Shown here in pieces: positions 56,121 through 64,000 of a DNA stretch of 64,000 bases. Origin of the DNA: Chryseobacterium gleum (GTDB lineage: Bacteria; Bacteroidota; Bacteroidia; UBA10329); NCBI GenBank assembly GCA_945903645.1, contig CAMDOM010000005.1:30493-94492 (forward strand), written 5' to 3'. Both the position numbers and the translations under genes were made by a program. The notes under the pieces were generated by a model. The model ran no database searches and had not been told where the DNA came from. It saw only the letters and a list, made by a program, of their open reading frames with translations. How positions within the stretch are numbered: the first letter of the stretch is position 1; every line of letters starts with the position of its first letter.

Positions 56121-57593
56121 TTAAATTTCTTCGCGCAGCAATGGCATACTCATACAGTGTGTTCCTCCGCGAGCACGCGATAACTCGGCTGATGGAAGTA
56201 GAATCAAAGTATCGCCAGTGATAACGTCATCCAACTTGGCGCCAGCATCCATTTTCGATAAAAACTCTTTGGCTTTAATGACTTTAAATCCGCGTTTGCG
56301 CAGCGATTCGTTGGTTTCCACATTGCGGTCATATCCAATGATAACTCCTTCACGAAGTGCAAGAAAATTGCATGAATCTGTCCACTGTTCCCTTTCAGTG
56401 AATGGGAATCGTCCGTTGGCGTTAGGCACAATTTCTACCTTAGAACATCCAAAATCTTCTTTGCTTACTTGTATTAGAAGGTCGTCAAGATAATCTAACT
56501 CAGTTTTTTTAACCTTAAATCCATCTTTGTTTGGCTTTCGAACAAATTGCGTGACATACACTTGTTCTTCTGGCGTTTCCATCTCGTCATCTAGCATTCT
56601 GCGAAAGTCAATTTCCTCTTTAGATAGCGCAATTGCTTCGCGAGTAAATGGGGCATACATCACCCACATATCTCTTCTTATCTGCGTAAAAATGGTGTCG
56701 ATGTGCATGTATGCCCGCTCCACAGGTATGTTCACCACGCTTACTTTGTCTACAATTCCTTTGTGAAAAAGCACGGTTATAAGTTGGTGAATCGCGTTTT
56801 GGGTGGTGCGTGCGCTTAACCCAACCAAAAGATGTCGAGGGCTTATCATCATTACATCGCCACCTTCAATGCTCACTTCTTGACGTTCTTTTCCTAGCGA
56901 GTCGTTCAAAAAGTAGTATTCGTTATCTTCCAATTCAATCACCCGATCCGAAAACTTGTAGTTGTCCCAATCCGCATCTTCACCAAAAAGAATGAAGTAC
57001 GCAATGTATTTAATGAGCAATGCTTCTCGTGTGCGGCCTTTTTCAGCGGCCTTAATTAAGAGCATGTGGTCATTGATTACAATGCCGATGTCGCGTGTAA
57101 AAATGAAATTTGGAATAGGGGCAAAGAGATAATCTTCTTCGCCTTCATAGAGCCACACGCCAGAGATTAGAGTCCGAGTGAGCTCGGAAGGCGACATTTT
57201 CATAAGCAACATCTGCGTTTCGAAATCGCACTTTTCCATAGCGCAAACCGCACTAACCAAAAGCTGTTTGGCAAGACCATTTTCTAAAACCTTCATTAGA
57301 AGATTTTCAGCATCCAATACTTTGCTCGATTGCAGATAGCCTTTTTTGGTTGGTTTAAAGAAATCAGCATCCTTCGAATCGCGATTGCGCACCACTTCAG
57401 GGTCCAAAAACCAAAGCAAAACACATAGATATTGGTTGTATTCCTTTCGCATTTCGTCTAGAAACACGATGTCATCATAAAGCAAATCGTTCATCATGCG
57501 TGGAGCAATTTTGCCAATTCCCGCATCTGGACTATGAATAATTAACCGCTTTAGCGTGCCAACCTCCGAAGAAACATGAATACGTTCGCTCAT
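56121..57593 (-). CDS. Arginine deiminase family protein (long form, 490 aa).
   Basis: The N-terminus VSSEVGTLKRLIIHSP and the C-terminus GGTHCMSMPLLRE (catalytic Cys context) both match the family. It is about 70 aa longer than the classical ArcA as I remember it. Confidence 0.65.
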   Translation of the reverse strand: MSERIHVSSEVGTLKRLIIHSPDAGIGKIAPRMMNDLLYDDIVFLDEMRKEYNQYLCVLLWFLDPEVVRNRDSKDADFFKPTKKGYLQSSKVLDAENLLMKVLENGLAKQLLVSAVCAMEKCDFETQMLLMKMSPSELTRTLISGVWLYEGEEDYLFAPIPNFIFTRDIGIVINDHMLLIKAAEKGRTREALLIKYIAYFILFGEDADWDNYKFSDRVIELEDNEYYFLNDSLGKERQEVSIEGGDVMMISPRHLLVGLSARTTQNAIHQLITVLFHKGIVDKVSVVNIPVERAYMHIDTIFTQIRRDMWVMYAPFTREAIALSKEEIDFRRMLDDEMETPEEQVYVTQFVRKPNKDGFKVKKTELDYLDDLLIQVSKEDFGCSKVEIVPNANGRFPFTEREQWTDSCNFLALREGVIIGYDRNVETNESLRKRGFKVIKAKEFLSKMDAGAKLDDVITGDTLILLPSAELSRARGGTHCMSMPLLREEI

Positions 57594-57698
57594 AATGAAT
57601 AGATTTTATAGTGTGCGAAAGTAGGTAACGGATTTTACGTCCTATTCCTCAATGGCTTTTAATGCCCACAAGGAAGGTGGTTTACGTAATTTTACGGC

Positions 57699-59477
57699 AT
57701 GGAGGAAAGGCTTATTAGTGCTATTAAAAGTATCGTTTTAGAGCAATTTGCAACTGCGTTGGATGAAGGACAAATTCAATTGCAAAAAACCAGAAAGGAA
57801 TTTGAAGGAGACATCACATTAGTAGTGTTTCCGCTGGCGCGCGTATCAAAGCTTTCGCCCGAAGAGACTGGGAAACGTCTTGGTGAGGGACTTGTAGCCA
57901 CTGTGGAGGACGTTACAGCGTTTAACGTTGTGAAGGGATTTTTGAATATTACCTACAGCGATTCTTATTGGCAAGGCCAATTGAATACTATGAGAACCCA
58001 AGAGAATTTTGGTCATCATCCAAAAGGAGTCCATAGCCGAAATATTATGGTGGAGTATTCGTCTCCAAATACCAATAAACCGTTGCATTTGGGCCACATA
58101 CGTAATAATTTGTTGGGATATTCTGTGGCTGAGATATTGAAGGCCAATGGACACGAAGTGAAGAAAGTGCAGGTGATAAACGACCGTGGCATTCACATAT
58201 GCAAAAGCATGGTGGCGTGGCAGAACTTCGGTGGTGGAGAAACCCCCGCGACTTCTGGATTGAAAGGAGACAAGTTGGTAGGGAAATATTACGTTCTGTT
58301 TGATAGGAAGTACAAAGATCAAATAGCTGAGCTGGTTGAAAGCGGTGTTGCAGAGGAAAAGGCTGCACAGGATGCCGGAATAATGCTGGAGGCTCGCGAA
58401 ATGCTGCAACAGTGGGAAGCAGATGAACCGAAAGTGAAAGCGTTATGGGCCACTATGAATGGTTGGGTTTATGAAGGTTTTGAAAGTACGTATGCTAGGC
58501 TAGGAGTCAATTTTGATAAGTTGTATTTCGAATCAGATACATATCTCGTAGGCAGAGATATGGTGAAAGACGGAGTGAGTAAAGGTGTGTTTGAACAGCA
58601 ACCTGACGGTTCTATTTGGTGCGACTTAACGGGAGATGGGTTAGATAGAAAACTGCTACTTCGTTCAGATGGAACAGCTGTTTATATGACTCAAGATATT
58701 GGAACAGCCATTTTGCGCAAGCAAGATTGGAAAGCGCTTAATCAGCTTATATACACGGTTGGAAACGAGCAAGATTATCATTTCAAGGTTTTGTTTCTAG
58801 TATTGGAAAAACTAGGATACGAATGGGCAAAGCAGTGTTATCATCTTTCGTATGGTATGGTCGATTTACCAAGTGGAAAAATGAAGTCCCGCGAGGGAAC
58901 CGTTGTTGACGCAGATGACCTTATGGAGGAAATGTACAATGCGGCCAAAGCTCAAAGCGAGGAGAAAGGCAAGTTAGAAGGAATGTCAACTGATGATGCC
59001 GATTCGCTATTTGAAATGCTGGGAATGGGAGCACTCAAATATTTTATTCTTCGTGTCGACCCAAAAAAACGGATGTTATTTGACCCTCAAGAAAGCATAG
59101 ATATGCAAGGAAATACTGGGCCGTTTATCCAATACACTCATGCCCGTATTTCTTCTTTATTGCGCAAATCGGAAGCTCTTCCAGCTAGTATTTCCTATTC
59201 CACAGCATTGGATTCAAAGGAGAAAAGCATTTTAAGGATGTTGAATAGCTATCCAGAGGTAGTTCGTCAGGCAGGGGAAGAATATAGTCCAGCGTTGATT
59301 GCCAATTTTGGATACGACCTGGCTAAAGAGTTCAATCAGTTTTATCAAGAATTGCCAATTTTGAAAGATGTCAGTGATGAGACGCGAACATTTCGTTTGG
59401 CACTAACTTCATTAACGGGTCAGGTTATCTCATCTTCAATGAAACTGCTGGGAATTCAAGTTCCTCAAAAAATGTAA
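57699..59477 (+). CDS. argS: Arginine--tRNA ligase.
   Basis: HIGH-type motif PLHLGHIRN, KMSKS-type GKMKSREG, and a C-terminal DALR anticodon-binding region ending in M. Confidence 0.93.
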   Translation: MEERLISAIKSIVLEQFATALDEGQIQLQKTRKEFEGDITLVVFPLARVSKLSPEETGKRLGEGLVATVEDVTAFNVVKGFLNITYSDSYWQGQLNTMRTQENFGHHPKGVHSRNIMVEYSSPNTNKPLHLGHIRNNLLGYSVAEILKANGHEVKKVQVINDRGIHICKSMVAWQNFGGGETPATSGLKGDKLVGKYYVLFDRKYKDQIAELVESGVAEEKAAQDAGIMLEAREMLQQWEADEPKVKALWATMNGWVYEGFESTYARLGVNFDKLYFESDTYLVGRDMVKDGVSKGVFEQQPDGSIWCDLTGDGLDRKLLLRSDGTAVYMTQDIGTAILRKQDWKALNQLIYTVGNEQDYHFKVLFLVLEKLGYEWAKQCYHLSYGMVDLPSGKMKSREGTVVDADDLMEEMYNAAKAQSEEKGKLEGMSTDDADSLFEMLGMGALKYFILRVDPKKRMLFDPQESIDMQGNTGPFIQYTHARISSLLRKSEALPASISYSTALDSKEKSILRMLNSYPEVVRQAGEEYSPALIANFGYDLAKEFNQFYQELPILKDVSDETRTFRLALTSLTGQVISSSMKLLGIQVPQKM

Positions 59478-59484
59478 AGGCGTT

Positions 59485-60396
59485 TTAGTTCCAATTCAGT
59501 CCTGCAATTAAACCTTTGTGGTCTGAACCAGGAAGTACCACCGTGGTACAAAATGCTGAAGAGAAATGCTTTGAGTGAAGAATATGATCTATCGGAATCA
59601 GAGGAATGCCGAAATCCATTGGATAGGTAGCGAGAAATCCTTTTCTGGACGCTGTCATACCGCTGATTGTTTTGATAGACTGGAAATCCTGCGCCCATGG
59701 AACTACGTTCAAGTCGCCTACCAAAATAGCGGGAACATTATTCCGTGCTATTTCGCGGGCGACAGTACTCATTTGGAGGTTTCTTTTAATCGTGTTGTTA
59801 GGAAACGCTGGGGTAAGCGTATGCAATGTCCAAAGATCAAATAGAGCTTCATTCTTCTTTAATCTTATTTTGATTAAAGGGATTGCCTCACAGTAAACGA
59901 TAGTGTCACTCACTATTGGAAAGCGAGAGTAAACAGATAGTCCATAGCAGCAATGGGCGTGAGGAAGCGTAACCGAATATGGATGGCTTTCGGATAGTGC
60001 AGCGTTTAACGCTTCATTCCAATTTTTGCTCACTTCTAAAACAGATATCAGGTCACATTTAGAATTAATGATCGAAGTAATTGACTGGGAGTAATTCGTG
60101 TTTTCATGAAACACGTTGAAAATGCCTACTCTAATATTACAAGAAGATGTAATTTTTTGAGCTGTTGGTAAGAATGGGTAAAGCTGAAGGACAAGTATTC
60201 CGCAAGTAGTTAAGGAGGAAATCCTAAGCCACTTGTATTTCCAGTATAACGCTACAATTAACAAACACACGTTTAGCGCTAAAAAGTGCATAGAAAAAGC
60301 CTGAAGTAGCTCAAAAATCCAAATGCCAGCAGGAAAGCAAATGGCGATAATAAAAAGTAGTTGGGACAAGGAAGCCCACTTGGAATCAAAACTCAT
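59485..60396 (-). CDS. Membrane-anchored endonuclease/exonuclease/phosphatase (EEP) family protein.
   Basis: I prefer the ATG at 60396. About 4 N-terminal TM helices are followed by EEP motifs FNVFHEN, LVGDLNVVPW and GSDHKG. Confidence 0.65.
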   Translation of the reverse strand: MSFDSKWASLSQLLFIIAICFPAGIWIFELLQAFSMHFLALNVCLLIVALYWKYKWLRISSLTTCGILVLQLYPFLPTAQKITSSCNIRVGIFNVFHENTNYSQSITSIINSKCDLISVLEVSKNWNEALNAALSESHPYSVTLPHAHCCYGLSVYSRFPIVSDTIVYCEAIPLIKIRLKKNEALFDLWTLHTLTPAFPNNTIKRNLQMSTVAREIARNNVPAILVGDLNVVPWAQDFQSIKTISGMTASRKGFLATYPMDFGIPLIPIDHILHSKHFSSAFCTTVVLPGSDHKGLIAGLNWN

Positions 60397-60851
60397 AGTT
60401 GAGTATTTTTTACTGAGAAAAACAAGAAATTGCAAAGCAATGGAAATAGAAAATAGTATTCATTTTGGACGAAAAAGTGACGCGAATTATTTTTTCAAGT
60501 AAGAAGGGACTTGTGAAAATCACCCAAATAATTCTCTGAAAATTAAAATTAAATTTATTTATCGAATTCATATCAACTATTTTAAGTACATAACAGTATA
60601 ATAAACAGTCTAATTTTCAGATAAATTAATTTTTTCATCAAAGTGAAGCCTTATAAAGGAAGATATCTGAAAAACAAAAATATCATAATTAAGGTCGGTA
60701 AAATTCAAGCATTCAACGTTCAGATATAAACAAATGTCTAATTTAGTGGCCTGTAAAATTTGTTTTGGAGTATTATCACGGTATATTGGTAACCCAAATA
60801 TGTTGACAGGTTCTTAGATTTAGCTATCAATTGATAAACTTAACTTTTACT

Positions 60852-61862
60852 ATGAAACAGATTCTTTCATTTTCTATTGCAGCGATTTTCATCTCAATTC
60901 TTGGCTTCACCAATGTTAATGCTCAATCGGTTGGAATTTCCTCTGGTTCAGCAATCACTCCAAGCCCAAGGTCTATTTTAGAACTCCGGTCTACTTCGGC
61001 AGGTCTTCTTATACCAAGAATGACAGCAGCACAAAGAGGTGCAATTTCAGGGTTAGTAGGGAATCCGAATGATAATGCATCAGATCGAGGCATGCTTGTG
61101 TATCAATATGATGGCGCAGCTGGTTATTACTATTGGGATGGAGCGGCTTGGGTTTCCTTATCAGGTTCAGGAGGCGGAAGTTATGTGGATTTAACTACTG
61201 CTCAAACCGCTGCGGGTGCTAAGACATGGTCGAATCAATCAACGTTTTCAGCAGGTCTTTTAGCTTCTGACGGAGTAGCGGCTACTCCAGCCATTGCCTT
61301 CGCAAGCGATGTTAATACTGGTGTTTATAGAATCGCCTCCGATATTGTAGGTGTTTCTGCTGGAGGTTCAGAGCGGATGAGGGTCACTACTCTTGGTGTA
61401 GGTATAAATGGTGGAGACCCTACAGCTACCAATGCTTTAGTGGTTGCAGGTAAAGTAAAGTCCACAGGTATAAACGAAACTTCTGATGGACGCTTGAAGA
61501 AAAATATTGTGCCTATCACATCAGCTTTATCCAAGGTTTTGTCTTTACAGGGAGTTACCTACGATTGGAGAAAAGAAGAGTTCCCAGAGCGTAATTTTTT
61601 AGCTGGTAAGCAATATGGCTTGATAGCTCAAGAATTGGAGAAAGTTATTCCTGAGTTAGTGGATACCGATGAGAAGGGTTGGAAGTCAATCGAGTATAGC
61701 CATTTAGTGCCAGTGCTAATAGAGGCTATTAAGGAGCAACAAGCGATTATCGCTAATCAACAATCGGAATTAACCGCTTTAAAATCTGTGAAGGAACAAG
61801 TAGATATCTTGAAAGCTAGTGTTGAATTATTAAACGAACACATTCGTACATCTCAAAAGTAG
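60852..61862 (+). CDS. Secreted tail-fibre-like protein with a C-terminal peptidase S74 intramolecular chaperone domain.
   Basis: I prefer the ATG at 60852, giving the signal peptide MKQILSFSIAAIFISILGFTNVNAQ. The C-terminus reads SDGRLKKNIVPITSALSKVLSLQGVTYDWRKE...YGLIAQELEKVIPELV...IEYSHLVPVLIEAIKEQQ, followed by a coiled coil. Confidence 0.7.
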   Translation: MKQILSFSIAAIFISILGFTNVNAQSVGISSGSAITPSPRSILELRSTSAGLLIPRMTAAQRGAISGLVGNPNDNASDRGMLVYQYDGAAGYYYWDGAAWVSLSGSGGGSYVDLTTAQTAAGAKTWSNQSTFSAGLLASDGVAATPAIAFASDVNTGVYRIASDIVGVSAGGSERMRVTTLGVGINGGDPTATNALVVAGKVKSTGINETSDGRLKKNIVPITSALSKVLSLQGVTYDWRKEEFPERNFLAGKQYGLIAQELEKVIPELVDTDEKGWKSIEYSHLVPVLIEAIKEQQAIIANQQSELTALKSVKEQVDILKASVELLNEHIRTSQK

Positions 61863-61886
61863 AATTTACTTGGTTAAATATAAGAT

Positions 61887-61921
61887 GGGGAGAAATGCGC
61901 TTAGCATTTTTCCCCTTTTTT
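61887..61921 (+). terminator. Rho-independent terminator after the tail-fibre-like gene.
   Basis: GGGGAGAAATGC (61887-61898) pairs with GCATTTTTCCCC (61904-61915) and is followed by T6. Confidence 0.75.
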
Positions 61922-61949
61922 ATGTTCTATAATAAGTGTGATTAATGTC

Positions 61950-62699
61950 CTAAACTGATGCTATTCCTAGGATATAAAGTTTAGCAACGCCTGCATCAAA
62001 TAGAATCTTTCCTGCTGCCTCAAGTGTTGATCCCGTGGTAATCACATCATCTATTAAAATTACACTTTTCCCTTTAAAAGCGTTTGGGTTTGAACATGAG
62101 AAAACGGATTCTACATTGGTTGACCTATCATAGCGAGATTTTCGTGTTTGCGTTTCACTAGCTAGTTGACGAATTAAGCTATTCCGATATATTTTTACGT
62201 TAAGTATTTCTGAGACACCAAGTGCAATTTCCATGCTTTGATTGTACCCTCTTATTTTTTCCTTCTTGAAGTGAAGCGGAATCGGGACGATTAAATCTAC
62301 ATCGGTAAACTTGTTTTTTGTAAGAAGTTGCTGGGCGAAAAGTCTTCCAAGGGCACTGCCAATCTCGCGTTGTTCTTCATATTTCAATCGATGAAGCATT
62401 TGCTGAACAATTCCACCTTTCGTGAAGTGAACAAATGAACACGCGCCATCAATTTTTAGTCGCCCTTTAAAAAGTTGTTCCACTGGATTTTCGTCATAAT
62501 CCCAGTAGTAGGTCTTTGGCAATTGAAAAATGCATTGAATGCAAATATCTGATTCGCCACTTTGAAGGTGCGTATCGCATGCTGAACAGAGCTTTGGATA
62601 GAACAAATCAACTAAATCCACCAACAGGGATTGAATGTTCTGATACACATGTTGCAAACCCTGTCGCCCTCGCATTTCCAATTGTTGAAACATAATCAT
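61950..62699 (-). CDS. comF: ComF family protein (phosphoribosyltransferase domain).
   Basis: N-terminal Cys pairs (CSAC ... CIQC) are followed by a PRTase loop, VILIDDVITTGSTLEAA. The exact start among the N-terminal Met codons is uncertain. Confidence 0.75.
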   Translation of the reverse strand: MIMFQQLEMRGRQGLQHVYQNIQSLLVDLVDLFYPKLCSACDTHLQSGESDICIQCIFQLPKTYYWDYDENPVEQLFKGRLKIDGACSFVHFTKGGIVQQMLHRLKYEEQREIGSALGRLFAQQLLTKNKFTDVDLIVPIPLHFKKEKIRGYNQSMEIALGVSEILNVKIYRNSLIRQLASETQTRKSRYDRSTNVESVFSCSNPNAFKGKSVILIDDVITTGSTLEAAGKILFDAGVAKLYILGIASV

Positions 62700-62742
62700 T
62701 AATTTCTACTTTTGCTGCTTAAACATACATCACTTCACAACA

Positions 62743-63639
62743 ATGGAAGAGAAAGAGAAGTCTCAGAATAACAAGGTATTTTTAATTCTTGCAATAGTTT
62801 TATTGGTTTTGTCAGGTGTTCTAGGTTGGCAATTATACGAACAGAAAGCGTCCAATGACCAACTTACTGTTGAGAAGGCCCAACTTGTAGAAGAGAAATC
62901 TGCGTTAACTGCAGAACTTGACGGTCTGCTAGACAAATATAAATCATTGGAAGATGAAAATGGTCAATTGTCTGCAGAAATGGAGGCGCAACGTCAGGAG
63001 ATTCTTCAACTAAAAGCTGATGTAGAAAAATATAAAGGCGATGCCTCTAAACTTGGATGGTATAAGAGTCAATTGGCTCAGTTTAATGACAAGTTTACAA
63101 TACTGGAAGCTAGCTATGATAGTTTGGAAGGAGTTGCCACATCATTGCGTGGTGAGGTTGGAACCTTGAAAACTGAGGTAACGCAGCAGCAAAGCTTGAA
63201 TAAGGATTTAACCGATGAAAATATGGGACTTTCCAATAAGGTGGCTTTAGGTTCTGTCCTTACTGCTTACAAGATTACTCTTGAAGGAGTAAGTGGAAAG
63301 AAGGATAAGCCACAAACTAAAGGAAAACGTGCCGAAAAGCTTCACTCATGTTTTATTTTGAGTGCGAATTCAATTGCTAAGCCTGGTCAAAAAGATGTTT
63401 ACTTCAGAATCATTGGGCCAGACGGAAAGGTGTTGTCTCAGGGACGTGGTGATGAGTTTGAATTTGAAGGTTCTTCTATGACATATAGCATGGTTAAGCA
63501 AATCAGCTATGAAAATAAGCAAATGGATATTTGTATGTTCTATAATGCTCCTACCGAAGGATTTCAAGCAGGAAAGTATACAATAGAGATTTACTGCGAC
63601 AAAGCGCTGATTGGAACGTCATCAGTAACGTTTAAATAG
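62743..63639 (+). CDS. Hypothetical membrane-anchored coiled-coil protein with a C-terminal beta-rich domain.
   Basis: One N-terminal TM helix (VFLILAIVLLVLSGVLGW) is followed by ~150 aa of heptad-like Glu/Leu/Lys sequence and then a ~120-aa beta-rich domain. I recognise no motif. Confidence 0.5.
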   Translation: MEEKEKSQNNKVFLILAIVLLVLSGVLGWQLYEQKASNDQLTVEKAQLVEEKSALTAELDGLLDKYKSLEDENGQLSAEMEAQRQEILQLKADVEKYKGDASKLGWYKSQLAQFNDKFTILEASYDSLEGVATSLRGEVGTLKTEVTQQQSLNKDLTDENMGLSNKVALGSVLTAYKITLEGVSGKKDKPQTKGKRAEKLHSCFILSANSIAKPGQKDVYFRIIGPDGKVLSQGRGDEFEFEGSSMTYSMVKQISYENKQMDICMFYNAPTEGFQAGKYTIEIYCDKALIGTSSVTFK

Positions 63640-63657
63640 AGGGATTTTAGGAAATGG

Positions 63658-63697
63658 TAAAGGGGCTGTCTCGGTTGTGAGACAGCCCCTTTTTATT
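63658..63697 (+). terminator. Rho-independent terminator.
   Basis: GGGGCTGTCTC (63662-63672) pairs with GAGACAGCCCC (63679-63689) and is followed by TTTTTATTT. Confidence 0.8.
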
Positions 63698-63789
63698 TCG
63701 TTTTGTTGGATAACCCTGAAGTTCCTGCCGTCTAGGCGAGACTTCTCAAGTCGATTTGACTATCGAAATGCAAGCCTTCTAAATCGGGT

Positions 63790-64000
63790 CTATTGAAGCG
63801 TTGCGTTGTGGTCACGAGTGAACCAGCCTTTAATCTGTTTCCTGAAAAAGACAAGAATAAAAAGCAATCCCATCACGTAAGGCATGGCCATAAGGTAGAG
63901 GATTGCATTGTTTAAACCCCTTCCGGGAGTGAATGTGTCTTCACTAAACTGACTTGACCCTGTAACTGCACGACACATACTGCATTGAGCATAAACCGCA
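63790..64000 (-). CDS. Small membrane protein with its 5' end outside the window. It has a CxxC motif after a probable signal peptide end and a C-terminal TM helix.
   Basis: The frame is open to the window edge (...AVYAQCSMCRAVTGSS...). The hydrophobic segment ILYLMAMPYVMGLLFILVFF is followed by a basic tail. Confidence 0.4.
   Translation of the reverse strand, partial: AVYAQCSMCRAVTGSSQFSEDTFTPGRGLNNAILYLMAMPYVMGLLFILVFFRKQIKGWFTRDHNATLQ

Noticed and set aside
59485-63640. A possible prophage or tailocin remnant around the tail-fibre-like gene.
   Set aside because: I recognised no integrase, terminase, capsid, baseplate, sheath or lysis genes. The neighbours are an EEP membrane protein, comF and a coiled-coil protein, so this is not called a mobile element.

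Overview
This is a chromosomal segment from a Bacteroidota genome, probably Flavobacteriia-like. The taxon call rests on T9SS type A and type B C-terminal sorting domains, an ACIII plus aa3 oxidase operon, TAnnTTTG-type -7 boxes, and IPExxxVDY and Lacal_2735-type small proteins. I call about 50 protein genes, one tRNA-Leu(CAG), one disrupted TonB gene and several rho-independent terminators. I saw no rRNA, CRISPR array, transposase, integrase or prophage.

Left to right:
- actABCDEF with cytochrome c oxidase subunits II and I (1-11 kb).
- A RidA-like gene and two tandem membrane sensor/PP2C (SpoIIE) phosphatases (11.8-17.9 kb).
- tdk and small conserved genes, then a 1123-aa DUF4175-like coiled-coil membrane protein followed by an RsbW-like GHKL kinase and ybeY.
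- tRNA-Leu, then an operon of a T9SS lamin-tail-domain protein, a TonB-dependent receptor and a T9SS endonuclease I (24.6-30.5 kb).
- Overlapping aminotransferase, omega-amidase-like and PAP2-like genes, then gatC.
- A strongly A+T-rich two-gene islet: a SAM methyltransferase and an N-acyltransferase fused to a cNMP-binding domain (33.7-35.9 kb).
- A ~1770-aa adhesin with 19 PKD repeats and a T9SS type B tail.
- purT, an orphan response regulator and two tandem TonB paralogues, one carrying an in-frame TGA.
- M42 peptidase, pyk, frr and recJ.
- A co-oriented block of arginine deiminase-like, CtlX-like and PLP decarboxylase genes followed by ACP, ketosynthase and a Cys-less ketosynthase-like gene (51.1-57.6 kb), divergent from argS.
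- A membrane-anchored EEP nuclease/phosphatase, a tail-fibre-like protein with an S74 chaperone domain, comF, a coiled-coil protein and a truncated small ORF at the right edge.

The best candidates for undescribed biology are the A+T-rich methyltransferase/acyltransferase-cNMP islet, the ACP-KS-KS-like trio coupled to arginine-modifying enzymes, and the nuclease/TonB-dependent receptor/LTD operon. All functional calls come from motif recognition by eye; no searches were run.
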